DNA of 64,000 nt, taken from contig BTUM01000001.1 in the NCBI GenBank assembly GCA_045863235.1, positions 96,001 through 160,000 on the forward strand. Reading direction: 5' to 3'. Source of the DNA: Candidatus Xenobia bacterium. GTDB taxonomy: Bacteria; Vulcanimicrobiota; Xenobia; Xenobiales; QWHO01. Below, in pieces: positions 57,338 through 64,000 of the stretch. A program made the translations under genes and the position numbers. Position 1 is the stretch's first letter, and each line of letters begins with the position of its first letter. The notes under the pieces were generated by a model. The model was not told the DNA's origin, did not search any database, and was given only the letters and a program-made list of their open reading frames with translations.

Positions 57338-57389
57338 TTTACGCCTAAAGGCATTGACAAATTAAGCCTGTAGGCGTAAATTAGAAGCA
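57338..57389 (+). promoter_or_regulatory. hicA promoter flanked by a 15-bp inverted operator; leaderless
   Basis: TTTACGCCTAAAGGC / GCCTGTAGGCGTAAA around TTGACA (57354)-N17-TAAATT (57377); ATG at 57389. Confidence 0.78.
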
Positions 57390-57571
57390 TGAAGCGCACC
57401 GAGTTCACCCGCAAAATGAGGCAGGCTGGTTGGTCGGTGGTGCGCCAGGGTGGCTCGCACGAGATCTGGGGGAAGAAGAGCTTCCGGTTCGCCGTGCCGC
57501 GCCACAACGAGATCAAGGATGGCATCGTCCGGGACTGGGAGAAAGTGAACGAGGAGGCCGACAAGTCGTGA
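57389..57571 (+). CDS. hicA: HicA family mRNA interferase toxin
   Basis: 60 aa, GW...RQGGSHEIW...VPRH.EI motif. Confidence 0.9.
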   Translation: MKRTEFTRKMRQAGWSVVRQGGSHEIWGKKSFRFAVPRHNEIKDGIVRDWEKVNEEADKS

Positions 57572-57759
57572 TGACCCTGACCAACCTGCGGTGGGAAGCC
57601 ACCTGGAGCTCCTACGGAGATCTCCGGTATCTCGACGGAGCCACCCCAGACCAGCGGGAAGGCGTCCAGCAGGTAAGCGGTCTTGCCGGCCACCATGTCG
57701 ACGACCGGACTGACCTCGGGCTCCCGGTCGGGCCCGGAACCAAGGCACTGGAGGAGTGA
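57571..57759 (+). CDS. Small unknown ORF between hicA and hicB (62 aa)
   Basis: ATG overlaps the hicA stop (TGATG); SD GAGGAGG upstream; stop lies 5 nt before the hicB ATG. Confidence 0.55.
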   Translation: MTLTNLRWEATWSSYGDLRYLDGATPDQREGVQQVSGLAGHHVDDRTDLGLPVGPGTKALEE

Positions 57760-57764
57760 GGAAA

Positions 57765-58205
57765 ATGAGGCTGCGATACAGAGCTCGGTTTTACCAGGAG
57801 GATGGCTGGTGGTTAGTCCAGATCCCCGACGTCGGGGGCGCCGGCCTAGCGACTCAGGGCGAGACGCTGGAGGAAGCCCGAGAGAACGCGGTGGACGCAG
57901 TGACCCAGGTCCTGCTGTCTCGCGTAGACGAGGGCGCCGAGCCGGATCCTCCCACTCGCGGCCGGCTCGAGGCCGGCTGGGAATGGGTTTATCCCGAGCT
58001 CCGAGTCGAGACCGCCATTGAGATCCGCCAGATGCGCAAGGCTGCAGGGCTGACCATGGCCTCGGCGGCGGGGCGGATCGGCGTGTCGCTCGGAACGTAC
58101 CAGAAGTGGGAGGACCCCGAGCGCTGCAACGCCACGCTCGAGACCCTGGACAAGCTTGCCAGGGCCTTCGGTCGCCACGCCGAGGTCATGTTCGTCAAGA
58201 CGTAG
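57765..58205 (+). CDS. hicB: HicB family antitoxin with C-terminal Xre-type HTH
   Basis: Y...EDGWWLVQIPDV....TQGETLEEA; IRQMRKAAGLT...AA.RIGVS..TYQKWE. Confidence 0.9.
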   Translation: MRLRYRARFYQEDGWWLVQIPDVGGAGLATQGETLEEARENAVDAVTQVLLSRVDEGAEPDPPTRGRLEAGWEWVYPELRVETAIEIRQMRKAAGLTMASAAGRIGVSLGTYQKWEDPERCNATLETLDKLARAFGRHAEVMFVKT

Positions 58206-58230
58206 ACGCAGGCAATGACCGTTGAAACAG

Positions 58231-58262
58231 AAAAAGCCCCCCGAGCCCGAAGGCCCGGGGGG
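58231..58262 (-). terminator. Intrinsic terminator ending the phage late transcript
   Basis: Minus strand GCCCCCCGGGCC-TTCG-GGCTCGGGGGC followed by a T-tract. Confidence 0.8.
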
Positions 58263-58286
58263 CGCTGCAACCTGACCCTGCCCGGG

Positions 58287-58640
58287 TCAGAACCCTATCG
58301 CGTGTCGGCCGGCGGCCAGGAGGGCGCCGACCACCTCCATCCTGGTAACCTGTCCGTCGGCGGCGGCCGCTCGGAGCTGAGTGGCCAGCTCGAGCACAGC
58401 CTGGCGGATGGGACCCGGGACGGCCTGCAGAGCCGGCAGCTCGCCGGCGACCTCGAGGAGCTCGTCCGCGTCAACGCCACCCTCAAGTGCCGAGAGGAGA
58501 GGCACCAGCTCGCTGGCCACCAGCCCGAGCTGCTCGAGCTGGGCGGCGACCTGGTCGGGAGGGAGCTCGCCGGCGTCTACATGGAGCACGACCCCGTCCG
58601 ACTGGACGGTGTAACCGCGGCTGTGGAGGATGGTCTGCAT
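58287..58640 (-). CDS. Phage hypothetical protein (lysis region)
   Basis: SD AAAGGAG; 117-aa helical ORF with DG.VT..E motif. Confidence 0.7.
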   Translation of the reverse strand: MQTILHSRGYTVQSDGVVLHVDAGELPPDQVAAQLEQLGLVASELVPLLSALEGGVDADELLEVAGELPALQAVPGPIRQAVLELATQLRAAAADGQVTRMEVVGALLAAGRHAIGF

Positions 58641-58652
58641 GGGGGGCTCCTT

Positions 58653-58736
58653 TCAGGGGAGGAAGTCTCGGGTCAGCCATCCGACCAGGAACCCGATCAG
58701 GAAGGTGGCGCCGAGCAGCTCGGCGAGCCGTCTCAC
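58653..58736 (-). CDS. 27-aa single-TM micropeptide
   Basis: MRRLAELLGATFLIGFLVGWLTRDFLP; GTG overlaps the NlpC/P60 stop (GTGA); fills the gap before the next SD. Confidence 0.6.
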   Translation of the reverse strand: MRRLAELLGATFLIGFLVGWLTRDFLP

Positions 58737-59467
58737 CGAAAGACGATGTCCAGCTTGATGGCCGGGGGCTTCCCGGGCACCGCGTGGAGCTCGAGGTCCA
58801 CGTCCACCAGGTCGACGGCCTTCCCGGCGATCAACAGCGTCTGGCCGCCGGCGTGCTGGAAGAACTTGAGACCAGGGCCAGCCAGCTCGACGGACATGGC
58901 CCCGTCCCCGAGCACCTTCAGGTCGGCTTGGAACTGCTCAAACTGCTGGACCTGACCGTCCATTCGGAGGGAGGCTCTACCGCTGTGCGCCTCGAGGCGG
59001 GCTCGGCGCAGCTCTTGGCCGGCGTTGCCCCGGCCGTCATTGCCGACCGGCCTCCCCGGGGCAACGCTTGAAGTCGGGAGCAGGCGCACCCCGATCTCAA
59101 AGTGATCGCGCCAGTAACCGCTGAGCAACCAGGCCTTCTCGACGTTGCGGTCGGCCGTCGGTCGGTGCACGAACCAGCCCTCGCCCACGTAGAGCCCGAT
59201 GTGTGTGCTGGTGGCGTCGAGGTAAGTGTGGCCGAAGATGACGACGTCGCCGGCTTCCAGGTCCTTCATTCCGACCAGGTCGCCCATGGGCTGACCGTTG
59301 TCCACCCCAGAGTAGTCCGGCACCCAGGTTGAGGGGCGCCATCGCGGCGAGCTGAAGCCGGCTGAGAGCAGAACAGCCGACACCCAGGCTGCGCACTGCG
59401 CCGACTGGCCAGGGTTGAAGGGCCGGTCCACCCAGCCCAGCGCCTTGCCCACGATGAGGTCCCTCAT
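58733..59467 (-). CDS. NlpC/P60 peptidoglycan hydrolase (probable endolysin)
   Basis: QCAAWV (Cys), LEAGDVVIF, HIGLYVG (His), FVH. Confidence 0.85.
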   Translation of the reverse strand: MRDLIVGKALGWVDRPFNPGQSAQCAAWVSAVLLSAGFSSPRWRPSTWVPDYSGVDNGQPMGDLVGMKDLEAGDVVIFGHTYLDATSTHIGLYVGEGWFVHRPTADRNVEKAWLLSGYWRDHFEIGVRLLPTSSVAPGRPVGNDGRGNAGQELRRARLEAHSGRASLRMDGQVQQFEQFQADLKVLGDGAMSVELAGPGLKFFQHAGGQTLLIAGKAVDLVDVDLELHAVPGKPPAIKLDIVFR

Positions 59468-59907
59468 GGCTGCACCTCCGTACATACTGAGGGGCCCTCG
59501 TCGGGCCCCTCGTTGATCCTGACCAGCTGGAGCTCGGCCTCGAGCCGCTTGACACGGGCTCGCTCCTCGGCGAGCTCTGCCTCGAGCCTCTTGTATCCCG
59601 CATAGGCACTGTCGCGCTCACCTTCAAGGACAGTCACCTTGTGGGCAAGGCGCGCGATTCGGAGGCGCAGGCGAATCTCAAGCCGATTACGCTCCTCCTC
59701 GGCTGTGCGGAGCAGATCTTCCATCCTGCGGAGCTCCTGCTCGAGCCGCTGGACTCGCTCAGCCAGGATGGCCTGGGCGGTCCGGTCGTCCTCCTGCTCG
59801 GCCTGGTGCTGCCGAGCGTCTCGCTCGCGCAGCCAGTCGGCTATCTTGGCCCCAAGCCCGCCACCGCCTAAGGCGGACAACAGGTAGCCCGCGATGCTCC
59901 AGTCCAT
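59464..59907 (-). CDS. Phage membrane-anchored coiled-coil protein (holin/spanin-like position)
   Basis: N-terminal hydrophobic GGGG segment plus long coiled coil; directly upstream of the endolysin. Confidence 0.7.
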   Translation of the reverse strand: MDWSIAGYLLSALGGGGLGAKIADWLRERDARQHQAEQEDDRTAQAILAERVQRLEQELRRMEDLLRTAEEERNRLEIRLRLRIARLAHKVTVLEGERDSAYAGYKRLEAELAEERARVKRLEAELQLVRINEGPDEGPSVCTEVQP

Positions 59908-59961
59908 TCGGCTACAGCTCCTTTCCGTGGATGCCAGGAGAGTCCCGTTGGCCTCGACCGG

Positions 59962-60252
59962 TCAGAATTTCCAGCTCGGCAGTTCCCCGCCCGCTGCTTC
60001 AACTGCTTTCACCAGCTCGTCCCGCTGCTGGCGGGCTTGCACCAGGGCGCGAGTGAGTTGCTCGTGCCGGGCGGCAACAGCGTCCCGCTCGCTGGCCAGC
60101 ACGCCCTCGCGAGCGAGGTGCTCGAGCAGGGCGCGCTCGGCGGCCTGGGCCTTCTCCTGAGTAGCTTCCATGGCCTCGGTCATTTCCTGAGTAGCTTCCA
60201 TGGCCTCGGTCATTTCCTGTAGAATGTCGTCCTTCAGCTTTCTTGCGTTCAC
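59962..60252 (-). CDS. Phage coiled-coil hypothetical protein
   Basis: GTG start overlaps the upstream stop; contains duplicated QEMTEAMEAT. Confidence 0.65.
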   Translation of the reverse strand: MNARKLKDDILQEMTEAMEATQEMTEAMEATQEKAQAAERALLEHLAREGVLASERDAVAARHEQLTRALVQARQQRDELVKAVEAAGGELPSWKF

Positions 60253-60521
60253 GGGGTCACCTCCTCGGGGATCGTTTCCCATTCTGCTTTTGTGACACCA
60301 GCTTCCACAGCCGCTTTCCGCACCCCGCGCAGTTCGGCCAGCCGCTCGGCCTTGCGGTCGGCGCGGAACTCCTGGAGAATCTGTAGCACCCGCGCATCGC
60401 TCACCCCGGCAGTCGTCAACCGAGCATAGAGCCACTCTACGCCGCCTGTCCGCAGCATCTGGTTACCAGCCCACTGCACGGGGGCTCGATTCTGGTCTAT
60501 TTGCTCTGGGGTCAGGGGCAT
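60249..60521 (-). CDS. Phage hypothetical protein (possible tail-fibre chaperone)
   Basis: SD GGAGG; immediately follows the tail fibre gene. Confidence 0.65.
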   Translation of the reverse strand: MPLTPEQIDQNRAPVQWAGNQMLRTGGVEWLYARLTTAGVSDARVLQILQEFRADRKAERLAELRGVRKAAVEAGVTKAEWETIPEEVTP

Positions 60522-60529
60522 GGTTCCTC

Positions 60530-62650
60530 CTACGTTCCTACGTCTTGCAGTAGCACGGTTGCGTGCCATGTGATGTTGTTGTTGGCTGCGCCGGTCACGC
60601 GCACACGGATATTCCCGGCGCCGTCGCTGTCGATTGTGGCGTCCCAGCCGGCCTGATCCTCGGCGGTGTGGTCAGCCGTGAGGGCTCCCACCAGAGTGGT
60701 CACCCCTCCGACCGTCTTCCATGTCCCGTGGATCACGTAGCTTGCGGCGTCCTCGGCCGTGCCTGCCGTGCCGCCCGTGCGCCGGGCCAGCACCCGAGCC
60801 TCGACGTGGTAGGTCCTGCTTGCTGTCAGGGCGATGGTGGCCAGGGTGGTCACGGTCGCGTCTGTAGTGGTCGTGCGATACTGCCGCACGTAGAGGTTCG
60901 GGTCGCTGTTTGTGGAGACAGACTCGACGCGCAGAATCTCCACGTCGGTGGCTGCCGAAATGAGGTAGACCCGGCCGCCATTGGTGCGGATGGCGTCATT
61001 GATGGTGGACGAACCCGATTGTGCGGCGATGTAGAGCCCGTAACTGTTTGTTCCGCGGCTGTTACCCTGATTCTCAATCAGGACTCCGTAATTCGTCGTG
61101 GGGCCACAAGGGGCGGCTCCAGACCAGGATGGAGCCGATGCCTCAATGGCCGCAGCCGTGCCATTGTTTCCCCCGGTGCTGGAGATCCATTGCCCCTTAA
61201 TTGCGGTAAGGCTCGAAACCGTCCCGGTTGCGTGGACATTCTGGGCAGAAATAAAGGCCCCGATCATATTGTTGCCGGTGGCTCCCGCCGCTACAGACTG
61301 TGCGGTCGCAGTGATTCCCCGCCCACTTTGTGCCGTCCCCGAACAAGCCAAATATTGCGTGAATCCGGTCTGGCCATTCACCGACGATGTAAAACTTACG
61401 CTCGTGTATTTGTTGAAGAGAAAGGCGTTGGTAGTTCCTGCCGCGACCGAGGATCCGAATGTGGTAACACCGGAAGAAGCGACAACAATTTCCATGTAGT
61501 TGCTGGCATCATAACTCCACCGCTGCTGCGTGCTGGTCGAGCGGACTTCCAGCGTTCGGGCCGGCGCGGCAACTCCAAACCCCCAGCGCCCGTTTACCTC
61601 GTCGAAGGTGTGTGTCCCGGTAGCTCCAAAGAAGATGTTTCCCAGCGTGACATGGCTCGTGCTGCGAAGCGTCAGGTCGTTCCCGCTCGCCGTCCCGCCA
61701 ATCAGTTCCTGGCCGCCACTCCGTCCGAGCGACAGCGCATACTGAGTATGGTCGTCGTCCCCGAGCCCAGTAAGGGCGCCATGGTCGGTCACGCCCGCGC
61801 TCACCGTCTGCCAGGTCATGTCATCGCGCAAGTATTTCGTGCCGGTCCCACCGCCCGAACCCAGGTCGGCATGGGCAATCGCGCTCACGGTGATGGCCGC
61901 GCCCGCGCTGCTCTGCCGCAGGAACTGCCCGGTGCCGCCCGTGGCGGAGAGGTCGGCAGCAGTGCCGCCAACGGCCAGACTCCAAACCCCGCCCGAGGCC
62001 CCCAGGGTGTTGCGCCCCGTGGCTGCGTCCGCGTCGTCAATCAGCGACCGCCCGAACGAGGTGAGCGGAGTCTCGGCCCAGGTGTCGGCTGCGGTCGAGT
62101 AGGCCACCCGGTCAGCCGCGGTCGGCAGGGCCGCCAGGGAGGTCAGGCCGGCGTCGTAGGCCTGCACGTGCGTCCCGATCACCAGGCCCAGGGTTGTGCG
62201 CTGGGCGGCCGCGTCGGCGTCGTCGAGCAGGGCTCGGCCGGCTGCCGTGCAGGCGATCTCCTCCACGTTCCCGGCGTCAGGGGATGAGCGGCCGAGCAGG
62301 CGGTCGGTGGCGGAGACGTTCTGCATCTTGGCGTAGGTCACCGCGTCTTCGTCTATAGTCCAGACCGCGCCTGAATCGGAAACAGTGATGTCGCCCTTGT
62401 CGCCGTCGTCTATTGACCCGAGCTCGTCAAGCCGCCAGAGCTTGGTTCCATCCTGCGTGTAAGCCCAGCCCCCATCGGCCTCGGGGTAGAGCCCTGAATT
62501 TAAGGCTGCGCGCGAGGACACAGCGGGCAGTTGCGGTCGCCCGACAGGCACGCGCAGTTGCGCCAGCATCTCGTTCTCGCCCGTGGTGCGCAGGTGGGGG
62601 TCACGTTCGACACCAAGAGGCAGCTCCGGCCAGGTGGGCTCGTCGCACAC
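60530..62650 (-). CDS. Phage tail fibre / receptor-binding protein
   Basis: Repeats GRALLDDADAAAQRTTLG and GRSLIDDADAATGRNTLG, DHGALTGLGDDDHTQY, G/T/S-rich beta regions; GTG start after GGAGGTG. Confidence 0.82.
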   Translation of the reverse strand: MCDEPTWPELPLGVERDPHLRTTGENEMLAQLRVPVGRPQLPAVSSRAALNSGLYPEADGGWAYTQDGTKLWRLDELGSIDDGDKGDITVSDSGAVWTIDEDAVTYAKMQNVSATDRLLGRSSPDAGNVEEIACTAAGRALLDDADAAAQRTTLGLVIGTHVQAYDAGLTSLAALPTAADRVAYSTAADTWAETPLTSFGRSLIDDADAATGRNTLGASGGVWSLAVGGTAADLSATGGTGQFLRQSSAGAAITVSAIAHADLGSGGGTGTKYLRDDMTWQTVSAGVTDHGALTGLGDDDHTQYALSLGRSGGQELIGGTASGNDLTLRSTSHVTLGNIFFGATGTHTFDEVNGRWGFGVAAPARTLEVRSTSTQQRWSYDASNYMEIVVASSGVTTFGSSVAAGTTNAFLFNKYTSVSFTSSVNGQTGFTQYLACSGTAQSGRGITATAQSVAAGATGNNMIGAFISAQNVHATGTVSSLTAIKGQWISSTGGNNGTAAAIEASAPSWSGAAPCGPTTNYGVLIENQGNSRGTNSYGLYIAAQSGSSTINDAIRTNGGRVYLISAATDVEILRVESVSTNSDPNLYVRQYRTTTTDATVTTLATIALTASRTYHVEARVLARRTGGTAGTAEDAASYVIHGTWKTVGGVTTLVGALTADHTAEDQAGWDATIDSDGAGNIRVRVTGAANNNITWHATVLLQDVGT

Positions 62651-62652
62651 GG

Positions 62653-63999
62653 TCAAGGCACCTCCGTCCCCATCACCAGGCTGAGGATCTTGTCGTCGTG
62701 CCCCGTCACCACCAGGGCGCGCCCGAGCTCGACGTTGGCCACTGCCATCAGGTCGGCGTATGTGCTCCCCAGGCCCTCGATGTCGGGGGAGTCGATGGTG
62801 GCGTGCTCCGCATCCACTCCCACTCGCTGGGTCCAGAGCTGCAGCTGCTCCGTCTCCGTGGTGTCGTAGGTCGGCGGGTCCTCCTCGTTCTCGGGGGGGA
62901 TCTCGGTCTCGACTACCAGCACACCTCGCGCGGCCACGAAAGCCTGGTCGGCACCCAGCAGCACCGGCGTAGAGATGGAGTCGAGCGCGAAAACGGTCGA
63001 GGTGAGGGTTTCCTCGTCGTAGGTCCCGTCGAGTTGCTCCTCCCAGGCCGGGTCCTCGTGCTCGGAGCGCAAGGCCAGTGTCCAGTCGAAGAACGCGAAT
63101 GGTCGCGCTGCTGGCCTGGCCGGGTCCTCGTCCGCAGGGTTCTCGTCGGGGCTCGGCCAGAGTCCGGCGTAGGCTCTCGGGGCGAACACCGGGCCCGACT
63201 CGTTGGCGGCAGCGTGACAACTGCTCCAGGGCACCGTGTAGCTCTCGTGGAATGTGTCGCCACCCGTCTGGGTCGTGATGCGGATGGTGCGAAATCGGCG
63301 GCGCAGAATACCGGTGAACGGTCCGTTGACGCAGACATTGTAATCAATGGACGTGCCAGGGATGTTCACCGTCGGAAAGTGACTGTTCGTGTCGTGGTAG
63401 AAGCTCCACAGCCCAGGGTCGCCCTCGGCCTCCTGCACAATCACGTACTCAATCTCAAAGACCACCGACTCGCCGGGCTCGAGCTCACGCTTGTAGCTGG
63501 CCAGAATCTCAGTCGGGTCCTCGCCGGGCCCCACCTCGGGTGCGACCATCAGCTCGATGGTGAGGGGGAGCTCGCGCCAGGAAATTCCCGAACTCTTCTG
63601 GGGCACGGTGTAGCTGGCGGCCGTCGCTGCGCCCACCAGAACCTGAGTGTCCCATCCGTGAACGTGGTGAGTCGGGACGCGGCTCGAGCTGACGACCTCG
63701 TAGCGGTCGTCCTGCGGCAGGTCGGTCAGGTAATCCAGGGTCGCGGTGAACAAGTCCTCCAAAATCTGGAGGTCAGCGGTGAAGACGCGATAGAGCAAAA
63801 GCCCCCAGGTCGGTGTAGCCGTGATGCCCTCGGACCTGGTCCCCTTCTCCCACAGCGTAAAGTGCGTCAATAGGGTGCCCAGGATGATGGCCTCCACCGA
63901 GCCGAACCGTAGCTCTTCCCAGTGGTAGAGCAGCCGGCCGGCCTGGGTCAGAACTGAGGTGTAGACCCGATACTCCGTGCCAGTCCAGCCCTGGTTGGC
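62653..63999 (-). CDS. Phage virion-associated acidic protein (5' end outside window)
   Basis: Frame stays open past the listed 63897 start to the window edge; lies upstream of the tail fibre. Confidence 0.65.
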   Translation of the reverse strand, partial: ANQGWTGTEYRVYTSVLTQAGRLLYHWEELRFGSVEAIILGTLLTHFTLWEKGTRSEGITATPTWGLLLYRVFTADLQILEDLFTATLDYLTDLPQDDRYEVVSSSRVPTHHVHGWDTQVLVGAATAASYTVPQKSSGISWRELPLTIELMVAPEVGPGEDPTEILASYKRELEPGESVVFEIEYVIVQEAEGDPGLWSFYHDTNSHFPTVNIPGTSIDYNVCVNGPFTGILRRRFRTIRITTQTGGDTFHESYTVPWSSCHAAANESGPVFAPRAYAGLWPSPDENPADEDPARPAARPFAFFDWTLALRSEHEDPAWEEQLDGTYDEETLTSTVFALDSISTPVLLGADQAFVAARGVLVVETEIPPENEEDPPTYDTTETEQLQLWTQRVGVDAEHATIDSPDIEGLGSTYADLMAVANVELGRALVVTGHDDKILSLVMGTEVP

Positions 64000-64000
64000 C

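Larger units (their letters stand above)
57200..64000. mobile_element. Prophage (late-gene end), probably integrated at tRNA-Phe; continues beyond the window
   Basis: Co-oriented minus-strand virion, tail-fibre and lysis genes plus a TA module immediately 3' of a tRNA; integrase not in window. Confidence 0.8.

Noticed and set aside
56727..57365. ORFs overlapping the tRNA genes
   Set aside because: Spurious translations of tRNA sequence.
62651..63220. Extended N-terminus of the 896-aa tail fibre ORF
   Set aside because: Overlaps the upstream structural gene in another frame; the SD supports GTG 62650.
60530..64000. Diversity-generating retroelement or invertible tail-fibre cassette
   Set aside because: No reverse transcriptase, TR/VR pair or invertase in the window; cannot be excluded beyond it.

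Overview
High-GC bacterial chromosomal segment. Gene content (uvrC-rapZ-yvcK, ftsEX, csaB, grpE-dnaK-dnaJ-prmA-rsmE) plus a probable outer-membrane beta-barrel suggests a diderm Terrabacteria lineage such as Eremiobacterota/Vulcanimicrobiota; this is an inference. Left to right: (1) a minus-strand run of VWA protein, pyruvate-kinase-like enzyme, Gln-dependent NAD synthetase, receiver protein, membrane protein, exported TPR-CHAT protease and two tandem ClpA/B-like AAA+ ATPases, headed by a 21-bp palindromic operator; (2) housekeeping blocks (two S41 proteases, uvrC, rapZ, yvcK, a nucleoside ABC transporter split by a 4.4-kb opposite-strand block, M23/ftsEX, csaB, chaperone operon, trpEG); (3) a highly structured intergenic repeat at about 23.44-23.72 kb with four NrdR-box-like motifs and CTAG-punctuated hairpins, partly repeated at about 35.0 kb; (4) a pilin-like/Ser-Thr kinase cluster and a 981-aa low-complexity protein resembling a translocator or pore-former; (5) a tRNA-Val/Asp/Phe operon followed by the edge of a prophage (hicA-orfX-hicB, lysis cassette with NlpC/P60 enzyme and a 27-aa membrane micropeptide, tail fibre) running off the right end. 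The best candidates for undescribed systems are the operator-controlled VWA/PK-like/NadE operon, the NrdR-box hairpin repeat, and the three-gene HicA-X-HicB module. All family calls come from motif recognition by eye, with no database searches.
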